Shown: positions 49,912 through 59,993, counted from the first letter of the stretch. The stretch: 64,000 nucleotides of DNA from Bacteroidales bacterium (GCA_020201035.1 JAIVHO010000001.1:5967-69966); one strand, 5' to 3'. Translations and numbers: made by a program. Notes: generated from the letters alone by a model not told the origin.

Positions 49912-51357
49912 ATGAAACGAGTAACCTTTTTTCTTTTAATCCTGGTACCATTGACAATGAATTCCTGCAGCAGGCAGAATCCTATGCCTGATGTGCTTTT
50001 TATTTCAGTAGATGATATGAACGACTGGATTACCCCTCTCGGAGGAAGGGAGCAGATGCACACACCCAACCTTGACAGGCTGGCATCCATGGGTATGCTG
50101 TTTGATAATGCCCATTGTACAGCACCGGCATGCTGCCCCTCACGAACAAGTGTTATGACAGGGGTAAGGCCGTCAACCTCAGGTGTATATTCAAACAATA
50201 GCCAGTGGAGGGAGTCTCCTGTACTAAGGAACGCATTAACTATACCTGAGTTTTTCAGGACGATGGGATATACGGTAAAGGGAGGAGGCAAGATTTTTCA
50301 CGCTCTAACGTGGATAGAGACAGCATACGGGGTTGATCAGAATGACTCAACGATATGGGACGATTACTATCCCTCTATGTCCAGATCTCTGCCTTCCACC
50401 GTATGGCCTGAAACATATTCCATTGATCAGAAAGGAACGGTAACCTGGGAAAATGTTGCAGGGAGGGGGACTCCGGGGCGACCATCCTATTTCTTTGACT
50501 TTGGTCCCATGGGGACGGATGAGGAGATGGGTGATTATAAGGTTGTAGACTGGGCAATAAACGAACTGAACGCACCCCATGACAATCCCCTCTTTCTGGC
50601 AGTGGGAATCTTCAGACCACATATTCCATGGTTTGTACCTGAAAAATATTTCTCCCTCTATAACCAGTCAGGGAAAAACCTTCCGGAGTTTATGGAAAAT
50701 GACCTTGATGATGTATCATCCGTGGGAATCAGCTGGATCAGGCGCAGCTGGCACCGATGGATGCTTGAAAATAACGAGTGGGCCAATGCAGTTCAGGCAT
50801 ATGAAGCGAGTATATCCTTCTCGGATGCAATGGTTGGAAGATTAATTGACGGACTTGAGAAATCAGGTCGCGCCAATAATACCATTATTATCCTGTGGTC
50901 AGATCACGGTATGCATATTGGAGAGAAGCAGCAGTGGGAAAAGTTCACCCTCTGGGAAGAGTCGACACGCGTTCCCCTGATAGTAATAGCACCAGGAGTG
51001 ACAAAATCCGGGAGCAGATCATCAGAGGCAGTAAGTCTACTGGATATATTCCCCACCCTGGTGGATCTTGCCGGAGAAGAAACCTTCACTCAGCTTGAAG
51101 GGCAGAGCCTGATCCCTCTGCTTGAAAATCCGGCATCTGTGAGGGAGGAGCCGGCAATAACTACCTTCCATCAAAATAACCATTCCGTACGAACCGAAAG
51201 GTGGCGCTATATAAGCTATCACAACGGAGATGAGGAGCTATATGATCATCAGGCAGACCCGGATGAGTACTATAATCTTGCATCAGATGAGCAATACAGG
51301 AAAATAATAGACAGCCTGGCAAAATGGCTGCCTGCAATCAATATAAAGGAAGAGTAG
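49912..51357 (+). CDS. Cys-type S1 sulfatase lipoprotein
   Basis: VLFISVDD, CCPSRTSVMTG (CxPxR), GKIFH, RPHIPW, SDHG, K.TLWEES.RVPL, ELYD...DP.E..NLA. Confidence 0.92.
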   Translation: MKRVTFFLLILVPLTMNSCSRQNPMPDVLFISVDDMNDWITPLGGREQMHTPNLDRLASMGMLFDNAHCTAPACCPSRTSVMTGVRPSTSGVYSNNSQWRESPVLRNALTIPEFFRTMGYTVKGGGKIFHALTWIETAYGVDQNDSTIWDDYYPSMSRSLPSTVWPETYSIDQKGTVTWENVAGRGTPGRPSYFFDFGPMGTDEEMGDYKVVDWAINELNAPHDNPLFLAVGIFRPHIPWFVPEKYFSLYNQSGKNLPEFMENDLDDVSSVGISWIRRSWHRWMLENNEWANAVQAYEASISFSDAMVGRLIDGLEKSGRANNTIIILWSDHGMHIGEKQQWEKFTLWEESTRVPLIVIAPGVTKSGSRSSEAVSLLDIFPTLVDLAGEETFTQLEGQSLIPLLENPASVREEPAITTFHQNNHSVRTERWRYISYHNGDEELYDHQADPDEYYNLASDEQYRKIIDSLAKWLPAINIKEE

Positions 51358-51452
51358 TCTGAGGGGGTTGATCATCAGAATGGTGCTGCGGGATATTGAT
51401 CAGAGTAGTCGATTTTGATAACCATCTTTAGCTCTTTTATTAAAAAACATAT

Positions 51453-51460
51453 TATCTTTG
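51453..51460 (+). promoter_or_regulatory. -7 promoter box for the tRNA locus
   Basis: TATCTTTG ending 18 bp upstream of the first tRNA-like copy. Confidence 0.65.
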
Positions 51461-51478
51461 CACCCGGATTTAATGAGA

Positions 51479-51598
51479 GGTTCAGTAGCTCAGCTGGATA
51501 GAGCAACGGCCTTCTAAGCCGTAGGTCGGGGGTTCGAACCGACCGCAGGGAGCTCACGAGACACGTTGAAAACGTGGTGAGTAATCCCGACTGAATTG
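51479..51598 (+). pseudogene. tRNA-Arg(TCT)-like copy with a 46-nt structured insertion in the T-loop
   Basis: First 60 nt identical to the downstream tRNA, then an insert at 51539-51584, then tcccgactgaattg resembling the tRNA 3' end tccctcctgaatca. Confidence 0.75.
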
Positions 51599-51634
51599 AA
51601 AGTGGTTCTTAAAGATATTGATTGTTTTGGTACT

Positions 51635-51708
51635 GGTTCAGTAGCTCAGCTGGATAGAGCAACGGCCTTCTAAGCCGTAGGTCGGGGGTTCGAATCCCTC
51701 CTGAATCA
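51635..51708 (+). tRNA. tRNA-Arg (anticodon TCT)
   Basis: GGTTCAG/CTGAATC acceptor stem, D-arm GCTC..GAGC, anticodon arm ACGGC-CTTCTAA-GCCGT, T-arm GGGGG-TTCGAAT-CCCTC. Confidence 0.97.
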
Positions 51709-51719
51709 CAAATCAACCG

Positions 51720-51752
51720 CCCCGGTTCAAATGAGCCGGGGTTTTTGTTTTT
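51720..51752 (+). terminator. Terminator after the tRNA
   Basis: ccccggttc-aaat-gagccgggg followed by tttttgtttt. Confidence 0.85.
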
Positions 51753-51773
51753 GGCCCTGGGGAACTTATTCTT

Positions 51774-51809
51774 AAAAGCCCCTTCAGATTGATTTTGAAG
51801 GGGCTTTTG
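51774..51809 (-). terminator. Terminator (possibly bidirectional) for the VPS10/BNR gene
   Basis: aaaagccccttca-loop-tgaaggggctttt. Confidence 0.8.
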
Positions 51810-51828
51810 AATTAGATGTATTCAGTTG

Positions 51829-54800
51829 TTAATCCAGATAATCAATCCCTGCTTCCCTTATTTTACGGTTAAGAGCAGGTATCTCCCCGTCTCTTATTGC
51901 ATAAAATCTCTCAAGCTGAATATTGATCAGGGCGGTAAGCTCATCGCGTACCTCGTATGCCTGGGCAGTTGGACGGTAATCACCTGTAGCCACAACACCC
52001 CTCAGTGCCGCCAGCTTATTGCCCAGTTTAATGGGATAATTAAGGGGATCCTGTGATGATCTGTTTTTTGTCTGGTAGAGACTCTCTTCAATAGCCGCTA
52101 GCCTGCTGCCTGCCTTTTTGACTTCATCAACCAGCGCCAGCTCCCCTGCATCCTTCAGTTTTGCAGAAACATCAGATATTCCGGCACGCATGTCTCTTAT
52201 ATCCCTGATTACCTTATGTACCTCAGTCAGTTTATCACCTGTCCCGGTCAGAAAATCAAACTGTGCCTTCAGATCTTCCGGTGTTGAGTCAGTTAGGGGG
52301 TTCTGAATCAGCTTAAGGGATATATCCGCAGAATCATTATTATAAACTATCCTTGCAGTATAGTCACCCGGAAGTGTCATAGCACCGCGCAGGTTACCAC
52401 CCCAGAGGATCATATTTTCTATCGTCATAACGCCCGGACAGATAAGATCCCATGATACCAGATTCATCCCTTGCCTGACAGATAGCTCTGATACAGGCTT
52501 ATGATTTCCTCTTTCAACACCAGAGATATCGGTACGGAACGATTTAACAAGTGTGTTGCTGCTGTTATGTATATCTACACGTATCCTGTCCTCTTTGCCT
52601 GGTTCACCGGAGATAAAGAATGGAATTACCATCCCCGCAAGCGGGTTCTCTCCTGTAGTTAGTGATGATCTGGATCTTCCTCCGCCAACACGGTAAAAGG
52701 GGTCAGGTGTAAAGGCTGTCATGGTGACTCCTGTCTCATTTCCTTTTGCCTGTCTCACTATATCCAGGTAATCAAACACCCAGAATGAGCGGCCCTGTGT
52801 GGCAACAATAAGGTCATTATCCTTTATAGTAATGTCTGTTACCGGAACAACCGGCAGGTTCAGCTGAAATGGCTGCCACAATTCACCATCAGAGAAGCTG
52901 ATATATACACCTGACTCAGTGCCACAGTAAAGCAAGCCTTCCCTTACCGGGTCAGCCCTTATGACCCGGGTGAAATGATCAGGGTCGATACCCTCAGTTA
53001 TCAGGGTCCAGGTAGCGCCGTAGTCATTGCTCCTGAGCAGGTATGGGGTGAAGTCGTCGCTCTTGTATCTGTTAGCTGCCACATATAAACCGCCCGCTAC
53101 GGTTGGGTGGGCCTCAATACTGTTGATCATGCTCCATTCAGGCAACAGTGAGGCAGGAGGTGTTACATCAGTCCAGTTTTCTCCTCCATCGCGTGTTATA
53201 TATATAAGTCCATCGTCGCTCCCGGTCCAGATAACCCCGCTTTCTGTTGCAGATTCAGCCACGGTAAATATGGTACCGTAATACTCAACGCTGGTATTAT
53301 CCTTTGTGATTGGTCCGCCCGAAGGCCCCATCTTCGATTTATCGTCACGTGTCAGGTCAGGTGATATCCTGGTCCATGAGTCGCCTTCGTTTTCAGTAAC
53401 AAAGAGCATATTGGATGCGGCATAGAGAGCCTTAGGATTGTGACGTGAAAAGAGAATCGGGAAGTTCCATTGGAATCTCTGCTTCAATGAGTCAGCACCC
53501 CATCCCATCGGATTATCGGGCCAGATATCAACCCGTCTGCTCTCTCCGGTACGGTGGTTATACCTCTGCAGGTATCCTCCGTATGATCCGCCGTAGACAA
53601 TTTCATTATCAAGAGGGTCAGGAGCTATCCAGCCGCTTTCACCTCCCGCAGTACTTTCCCAGTGCGATTCAGTTATTCCGCCTGAAAAAGTGGATGAAGC
53701 AATCCTTACCGTTGAGTTATCCTGCTGTGCTCCGTAGATTCGGTACGGGAAATGGTTGTCGGTAATTACCCGGTAGAATTGTGCTGTTGGCTGGTTCATC
53801 ATTGTTGACCATCTCTCACCTCCGTCATAGGTAACCTGAGCACCACCATCATCGCCAATTATCATCACCCGGCTGTTTGAAGGATCAATCCAGAGATCAT
53901 GATGGTCGCCATGAGGTGTTCCTATCCGCGAAAAGGAACGGCCACCGTCTGTGGATTTGTGAAACTGCACATTCAGTACATAAACAGTATTCTCATCTGC
54001 AGGATCAGCATATAGCCGGGTATAGTACCAGGCCCTCTGTCTCAGATTACGGTCATCATTGATCCGCCGCCATGAATCACCTCCGTCTTCACTGGCAAAT
54101 AGTCCGCCCGCATCAGCCTCAACAAGTGCATAGATCTTTTTATTGTTCGCTTTTGAAAGGGTGACACCAATAATGCCGAGTGGGGCGTCAGGCATTCCGG
54201 GATTTTCGCTTATCCTTGTCCAGGTATCACCGCCATCCCTGCTCTTCCATAGAGCAGAGCCGGGTCCGCCACTCTCCAGGGAGTAGGGGGTTCTTCTTAC
54301 CTGCCATGTTGAAGCATAGATGATACGCGGATTTGAAGGATCCAGAATAAGGTCTATTCCGCCACTGTTTTCATCCACATAAAGAATCTTTTCCCAGCTG
54401 ACACCTCCATCTGTAGTACGGTAGATTCCCCTCTCACTATTGGGTCCAAAGAGGTGACCCAGCACCGCAGCATATACAATATCCGGGTTGCGTGGATGAA
54501 TCCTCAGGCGCGGTATATACTGTCCCTCGGCCAAACCGCTGTACTCCCATGACTCCCCGGCATCCACTGATTTCCAGATACCGTAACCATGTGATACATT
54601 TCCACGTATAGTCTTTTCTCCTCCGGCAGCATAGATGATATTATTGTCTGAGTCGGCCACATCCACTGCACCTATTGTTCCACCAAAGAAACCGTCACTG
54701 ATATTGATCCATGTTTCACCTTTGTCTGAAGACTTCCATACACCACCACCGGTGGCTCCCATATAAAACAGGTCACCATTGCCTTCAATACCCTCCACCG

Positions 54801-54972
54801 CTGCAGCCCTGCCTCCTCTGAAAGGTCCTATGTTTCTGTATGACAGTCCTGTAAATATCTCCTGAGGAACAGGAGCAGGCAAGCTCTTTCTCGTATTTCT
54901 TTTTTGAGCGGCAGTCTCAGGCCCTGTCAGAGCCAGCAAAAGCAGCAATACCGGTGTAAGTAATCTTTTCAT
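51829..54972 (-). CDS. VPS10/sortilin-like BNR-repeat beta-propeller protein (putative glycosyl hydrolase)
   Basis: Signal peptide; RNIGPFRGGR; many S.D.G.TW Asp-boxes; HGDHHDLWIDP; C-term helical region. Confidence 0.85.
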   Translation of the reverse strand: MKRLLTPVLLLLLALTGPETAAQKRNTRKSLPAPVPQEIFTGLSYRNIGPFRGGRAAAVEGIEGNGDLFYMGATGGGVWKSSDKGETWINISDGFFGGTIGAVDVADSDNNIIYAAGGEKTIRGNVSHGYGIWKSVDAGESWEYSGLAEGQYIPRLRIHPRNPDIVYAAVLGHLFGPNSERGIYRTTDGGVSWEKILYVDENSGGIDLILDPSNPRIIYASTWQVRRTPYSLESGGPGSALWKSRDGGDTWTRISENPGMPDAPLGIIGVTLSKANNKKIYALVEADAGGLFASEDGGDSWRRINDDRNLRQRAWYYTRLYADPADENTVYVLNVQFHKSTDGGRSFSRIGTPHGDHHDLWIDPSNSRVMIIGDDGGAQVTYDGGERWSTMMNQPTAQFYRVITDNHFPYRIYGAQQDNSTVRIASSTFSGGITESHWESTAGGESGWIAPDPLDNEIVYGGSYGGYLQRYNHRTGESRRVDIWPDNPMGWGADSLKQRFQWNFPILFSRHNPKALYAASNMLFVTENEGDSWTRISPDLTRDDKSKMGPSGGPITKDNTSVEYYGTIFTVAESATESGVIWTGSDDGLIYITRDGGENWTDVTPPASLLPEWSMINSIEAHPTVAGGLYVAANRYKSDDFTPYLLRSNDYGATWTLITEGIDPDHFTRVIRADPVREGLLYCGTESGVYISFSDGELWQPFQLNLPVVPVTDITIKDNDLIVATQGRSFWVFDYLDIVRQAKGNETGVTMTAFTPDPFYRVGGGRSRSSLTTGENPLAGMVIPFFISGEPGKEDRIRVDIHNSSNTLVKSFRTDISGVERGNHKPVSELSVRQGMNLVSWDLICPGVMTIENMILWGGNLRGAMTLPGDYTARIVYNNDSADISLKLIQNPLTDSTPEDLKAQFDFLTGTGDKLTEVHKVIRDIRDMRAGISDVSAKLKDAGELALVDEVKKAGSRLAAIEESLYQTKNRSSQDPLNYPIKLGNKLAALRGVVATGDYRPTAQAYEVRDELTALINIQLERFYAIRDGEIPALNRKIREAGIDYLD

Positions 54973-55159
54973 AACGACAGTATGTTAATTGTTAAATGAT
55001 ATTATCCGAAAGATATTTTTTTGAACAATGAAGATAGTAAATGCACCTTTACAGATACACATATCATATTCTTATTTTCAAAAAAGGTAAAAATAGGCTA
55101 CGTTTATGATTTGAAAAAGGGTAAAGAAACTAACCGGTTGCAGTAAGCAGGGTTTGACC

Positions 55160-55264
55160 ATGAAATTGATTCAACATATGCTGCGTGTGGCCTGGAGGAA
55201 TTTCCGGAGAGATCAGGATTGTATACCCGGGGTAACCTCTGGAGGACAAGAGTTGCAGATTTGA
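55160..55264 (+). pseudogene. Possible remnant of a MacB-like ABC permease N-terminus
   Basis: MKLIQHMLRVAWRNFRRD...stop after 34 codons; resembles the 'LK.AWRNL.R' N-terminus of Bacteroidota permeases. Confidence 0.4.
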
Positions 55265-55300
55265 TGTAATGACAAATAGATCAAAAATATAAGAGAAACT

Positions 55301-56539
55301 ATGAAAAGATTATACTCCATTTCCCTGATTCTGATAATAGCTCTGTCTGCAGCTTCAGGGGCAGAGCCGTCAGTGAAAGAACCTGTATCAGCAGAGTTGC
55401 AATCTCCATCTTTGCCTGAGGTATATCTGGTAACCTGTGGAACGGGGGAGGAGACATACTCAATGTACGGCCACAGTGCCCTGAGAATTGTAGACAGAAT
55501 GGCCGGTAGTGATCTGGTTTATAACTGGGGTGTATTCGATTTCAGCACACCAAATTTCGCCGTCAAGTTTGCCAGAGGCCGACTCGATTATCTGCTTGCA
55601 TCCTATTCCTATCAATCATTTCTGCAGGAGTACTTCAGGGAAGAACGGTCAGTAGTTACCCAGAGAATCAACCTGAACGCGGAGCAGACTGAAAGGCTGC
55701 AGCTACTGCTGGCTGAGAATATGAAGCCGGAGAACATAAATTACCGGTACGATTTCTTTATGGATAATTGTGCTACCCGTATAAGGGATATTCTGGAGAA
55801 TGCACTGGCGGATGATCTGATTTATCCGGAGAGTGTTTCATATACCGGAACTGAAAATGATAAAGAGCTTAAGGCAGTTAGCGATAATGATATCCCATCA
55901 TTCAGGGATCGCATAAATGAGTATCAGCAGGGCAGTCTTGTCTGGCTGGATGCAGGTATTGATCTTCTGCTCGGTTCACCGGCCGATGAAAATTGCGGAT
56001 TCAGGGAATCGATGTTTTTGCCCGACTATCTGATGATAAATATGTCACAGGCATACGTGAATTCGGAAGAGGGGACGGTGTCACTGCTGGAAGAAGCCGT
56101 ACCAGCCTTTGAGTTTGACCCTCCCACAATGGAGAATAGTTTTTATACCATGCCCTGGTTTCTGTTGGGGGTGGTAGTAATTATTCTTATTATTCTGACC
56201 TGGAGGATTAAAGAGGGAGCGTTTCAGAAAATTTTTGACGTGCTCTTTTTTATAATCATGGCTGTTCTCTCCTTCCTTATGATTTTTACAAACTACCTTA
56301 CTGATCATGCTGCCATGGGGAGTAACTATAATATCATATGGCTTAATCCGCTGTTACTGGCAGCACCGGTAATTATGTTTTTACGCCCGCCAAACAGGTG
56401 GTTCTGGAAGAGTCAGATTGCACTTACACTAACATTTATGGTAGTAATTGTGATTGTTAACCAGTCAATTAATCCTGCATGGATTCCTGTAATGGTGCTG
56501 CTTATAGCCAGAAGTCACTACAGGCTGACCACCTTTTAA
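55301..56539 (+). CDS. lnb: DUF4105 / Lnb-type lipoprotein N-acyltransferase
   Basis: LVTCG.G.E.YS.YGHSALR, YNWG.FDF, YRYDFFMDNCATR, FLPDYL, C-terminal TM helices. Confidence 0.75.
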   Translation: MKRLYSISLILIIALSAASGAEPSVKEPVSAELQSPSLPEVYLVTCGTGEETYSMYGHSALRIVDRMAGSDLVYNWGVFDFSTPNFAVKFARGRLDYLLASYSYQSFLQEYFREERSVVTQRINLNAEQTERLQLLLAENMKPENINYRYDFFMDNCATRIRDILENALADDLIYPESVSYTGTENDKELKAVSDNDIPSFRDRINEYQQGSLVWLDAGIDLLLGSPADENCGFRESMFLPDYLMINMSQAYVNSEEGTVSLLEEAVPAFEFDPPTMENSFYTMPWFLLGVVVIILIILTWRIKEGAFQKIFDVLFFIIMAVLSFLMIFTNYLTDHAAMGSNYNIIWLNPLLLAAPVIMFLRPPNRWFWKSQIALTLTFMVVIVIVNQSINPAWIPVMVLLIARSHYRLTTF

Positions 56540-56653
56540 CACAACTTTAACACTCTTTAACAGCCATTAAGGCCAGGGTTAATTTATTTTGTGCTGACGT
56601 TTACGGGATGTGCATTATTCAATTATTATATATGTTCTTTAAAACTTATTTAA

Positions 56654-57649
56654 ATGAGCTCAGGTGTAGATATTAAGGAACTTAACGAAAGAATTAAGAA
56701 GGAAAGCAGTTTTGTGGAAGCCCTCACCATGGAGGTGGGCAGAGTGATAGTTGGCCAGAAACATCTGGTTGACTCACTGTTGATAGGCCTTCTGAGCAGT
56801 GGTCATATTTTGCTGGAGGGAGTCCCCGGGCTGGCTAAAACGCTGGCAATTAAAACCCTGGCATCTGTGATTGATGCACGGTTCTCAAGGATCCAGTTTA
56901 CCCCTGACCTGTTGCCTGCTGACCTTATAGGTACCATGATCTATAGTCAGAAGAGAGAGGAGTTCTTTGTAAAGAAAGGACCTATATTCTCAAATTTTAT
57001 TCTGGCTGATGAGATAAACCGTTCGCCGGCAAAGGTGCAGAGTGCCCTTCTGGAGGCTATGCAGGAGAGGCAGGTAACGATTGGAGAGGAGAGCTTCCGG
57101 CTTGAAGAGCCGTTTCTGGTAATGGCAACACAAAATCCCATTGAGCAGGAGGGAACATATCCGTTGCCCGAAGCACAGGTTGACAGGTTTATGCTGAAGG
57201 TGGTGATTGGTTATCCCCTGCGGGAGGAGGAACGGTTAATAGTGAGGGAGAATATAGGCCACGAATTTCCGGCTGCCCGGAGGGTTGTTTCCCCACAGGA
57301 AATAATGCGTGCGAGGGAGGTTGTAAAGGATGTCTATATGGATGAGAAGATAGAAAATTATATCCTTGATATTGTTTTTGCAACACGTAATCCTTCAGAT
57401 GCAGGCCTCTCACGATACGATAATATGATTGCATACGGTGGCTCACCAAGGGCATCAATAAACCTGGCACTGGCAGCCAGGGCATACGCCTTTATACGGC
57501 AGCGGGGATATGTTGTGCCTGAAGATGTAAGGGCTGTATGCATGGATGTGCTGAGGCACAGGATAGGACTCACATACGAAGCGGAGGCTGAAAATATTAC
57601 ACCGGAGATAATTATTACAGATATTCTGAACAGGATTGAGGTACCCTAA
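56654..57649 (+). CDS. moxR: MoxR AAA+ ATPase
   Basis: LLEGVPGLAKT, RIQFTPDLLPAD, ADEINR.PAKVQSALLEAMQE, ATQNPIEQEGTYPLPEAQ.DRF. Confidence 0.97.
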   Translation: MSSGVDIKELNERIKKESSFVEALTMEVGRVIVGQKHLVDSLLIGLLSSGHILLEGVPGLAKTLAIKTLASVIDARFSRIQFTPDLLPADLIGTMIYSQKREEFFVKKGPIFSNFILADEINRSPAKVQSALLEAMQERQVTIGEESFRLEEPFLVMATQNPIEQEGTYPLPEAQVDRFMLKVVIGYPLREEERLIVRENIGHEFPAARRVVSPQEIMRAREVVKDVYMDEKIENYILDIVFATRNPSDAGLSRYDNMIAYGGSPRASINLALAARAYAFIRQRGYVVPEDVRAVCMDVLRHRIGLTYEAEAENITPEIIITDILNRIEVP

Positions 57650-57663
57650 AAAATAGTTGTTCA

Positions 57664-58092
57664 ATGAGCATAAAAGCGGTTCTCATGATGCTGTTTGCAT
57701 TTGCAGCTTTAGTCCCAACCACCTCCGGACAGGCCATGCTTTCGGAGCCGCCGGAGAGTATCCTGAGATATGTGAAAGCGAACTATCCGGGTATGGTTCA
57801 GGATGTGGGCTTTAGAAATGAACATTACAGGTACCTCAAATTCACCGACAGCAAAAACGACAGCAGAACAATTCTCTTTTTTCTGTCGGATCGGGACAAA
57901 TGTACTGCGATACGCTTTATATATGAAAAGGGTGCAAAGGATGATGTGGTTGCAGATCTGAACAGTAAGTACAAATACTCTGGTGATAGCAGGTGGTACT
58001 TTGAAGAGAACAGGAAAAGAGCTACAATTGAGTTAAGCGATGAGGAGTGGTTTATCACGGTTACAATAAAACCTGCAGAAAAAGCAAACTGA
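57664..58092 (+). CDS. Exported hypothetical protein
   Basis: 142 aa, signal peptide, tightly packed between moxR and DUF58. Confidence 0.7.
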   Translation: MSIKAVLMMLFAFAALVPTTSGQAMLSEPPESILRYVKANYPGMVQDVGFRNEHYRYLKFTDSKNDSRTILFFLSDRDKCTAIRFIYEKGAKDDVVADLNSKYKYSGDSRWYFEENRKRATIELSDEEWFITVTIKPAEKAN

Positions 58093-58093
58093 A

Positions 58094-58957
58094 GTGGAAG
58101 CAACAGAACTTCTCAAAAAGGTACGAAGAATAGAGATCAGGACGCGCGGATTGTCCCGACAGGTATTTGCCGGGGAATATCACAGCGCATTCAAGGGGAG
58201 AGGTATATCATTCAGCGAGGTGAGGGAGTACCAGTTCGGAGATGATATAAGGAGCATTGACTGGAATGTTACAGCCCGTTTTAACCATCCGTATGTTAAG
58301 GTCTTTGAAGAGGAGAGGGAGCTTACGGTTATGCTTCTGATAGATGTGTCGGGATCGGGACTTTTTGGAACAAGAGGAGCATGGAAAAGAGAAATATCTA
58401 CAGAACTGGCTGCTGTACTTGCTTTTTCAGCTATACAGAATAACGATAAGATAGGCGTAATACTCTTCTCTGACAGGGTTGAGAAATTTATCCCGCCAAG
58501 AAAGGGGAGGAAGCATATTCTGAGAATAATCAGGGAACTGCTCGATTTTACTCCTGCCGGAGCAACAACATCCCTCGATGAACCTCTGAGATATCTTACC
58601 AATGCTATGAAGAAGAGGTGTACGGCTTTTGTTATCAGCGACTTTATGGCTCCGGATTTTGAAAAGTCACTGAGGATTGCCTCAAGCAAGCATGATATAG
58701 CAGCCCTCAGGGTATATGATAATGCCGAGAGAGAGCTACCGGAAATCGGTCTGGCACTGATTAACGATCCGGAGACAGGTGAGGATAAATGGATTGATAC
58801 ATCATCACGCGATGTAAGGGATACGTACCGCAAATGGTGGGATGAAGGAGTATTGAAAAATAACCGGATATTCAGCAGATGCGGAGTTGATACCGCTGTA
58901 GTTGCTACCGACGGGGATTATGTGAAACCGCTGCTTGCACTGTTTAAAAGAAGATAA
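58094..58957 (+). CDS. DUF58 (vWA-like) protein
   Basis: YHSAFKGRG..FSEVREYQ.GDD.R.IDWNVTAR, EERELT...IDVSGS. Confidence 0.95.
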   Translation: MEATELLKKVRRIEIRTRGLSRQVFAGEYHSAFKGRGISFSEVREYQFGDDIRSIDWNVTARFNHPYVKVFEEERELTVMLLIDVSGSGLFGTRGAWKREISTELAAVLAFSAIQNNDKIGVILFSDRVEKFIPPRKGRKHILRIIRELLDFTPAGATTSLDEPLRYLTNAMKKRCTAFVISDFMAPDFEKSLRIASSKHDIAALRVYDNAERELPEIGLALINDPETGEDKWIDTSSRDVRDTYRKWWDEGVLKNNRIFSRCGVDTAVVATDGDYVKPLLALFKRR

Positions 58958-58961
58958 TAAT

Positions 58962-59993
58962 ATGCGATCAGTAGCTGCCTTATGTTTATTAATATTAACT
59001 TTTCAGCTGCCGGCACAGGATATTACTGTTACGGCAGGGACAGAAAAGGATACAATATATATAGGTGACCAGATCTACTATAATATTGAGGTTGAACAGC
59101 CTCTTGATCTGAGTCTTGATTATTATTTTCCGGCGGATACACTCATGGAATCGATACTGGTGCTGGGTCGCAGGGGGCCCGATTCAACCATTCACAGGGA
59201 GGATAACCGGGTATCCATCTCACTTGGTATGCTTATTACCTCCTTTGATACAGGATTTTATGAGATTCCACCCTTCTACGTTCTTTATGCAGGTGAGGGG
59301 AAGGAGATTCGCTATTACTCCGACTTTGTGTCCCTTACTGTGGTCAATACAGATATTGTGCCTCCAGACACCACCGATATTATATTTGATATTGTGGCAC
59401 CCTACAGCCATCCTCTCACAGCCCGGGAGATTATACCCCGGGTAATACTGCTGATGGCAGGGTCAGTACTTATATGGTATATAATTAAGAGACTACGTGA
59501 CCGAAAAAAACCTGAAGGGGCTGAGCCGGTCATAAAGATGCCATCTGAACCGCTTCATATAATTGCATTGCGGGAGCTGGATCGGCTCGACAGAAAAAAA
59601 TTGTGGCAGCAGGGTGAAATCAAACTGTTTTATACTTCACTTGCTGTTATACTTAAACAATATCTGTCGGGACGCTACAGAATCTCCTGTCTTGAGATGA
59701 CAACAGCGGAAACAATGGAAGCCCTTCGGTATGAAGGTTTAATAAATGAACAGGTAAGAAAAAATCTTGATGAGATTTTTACAACCGCCGACTTCTCAAA
59801 ATTTGCCAGATACAGGCCGGGAGATAATCTTAACAGCGTGATGACAGATAAGGCCAGGGAGGTGGTAAAACTGCTGGCAGCAGAAAAGAGTGCACCAGAG
59901 ATGGAAAGTGCAGAGAAACAGGAAGTGAAACCGGCACCATCCGGGCGTACTAACAATGCTGAAGAGAGAAAGGAGGACGGCAATGGGCAGTAA
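58962..59993 (+). CDS. Bat-operon membrane protein (signal peptide, Ig-like domain, TM)
   Basis: IYIGDQI, ITSFDTG...IP, TM, LWQQGEIK.FY, ADFSKFARY; position between DUF58 and batA. Confidence 0.75.
   Translation: MRSVAALCLLILTFQLPAQDITVTAGTEKDTIYIGDQIYYNIEVEQPLDLSLDYYFPADTLMESILVLGRRGPDSTIHREDNRVSISLGMLITSFDTGFYEIPPFYVLYAGEGKEIRYYSDFVSLTVVNTDIVPPDTTDIIFDIVAPYSHPLTAREIIPRVILLMAGSVLIWYIIKRLRDRKKPEGAEPVIKMPSEPLHIIALRELDRLDRKKLWQQGEIKLFYTSLAVILKQYLSGRYRISCLEMTTAETMEALRYEGLINEQVRKNLDEIFTTADFSKFARYRPGDNLNSVMTDKAREVVKLLAAEKSAPEMESAEKQEVKPAPSGRTNNAEERKEDGNGQ

Noticed and set aside
51479-51708. attL/attR of a prophage or integrative element at tRNA-Arg
   Set aside because: The 5' 60 nt are duplicated only 156 bp apart, with no integrase or cargo between them.
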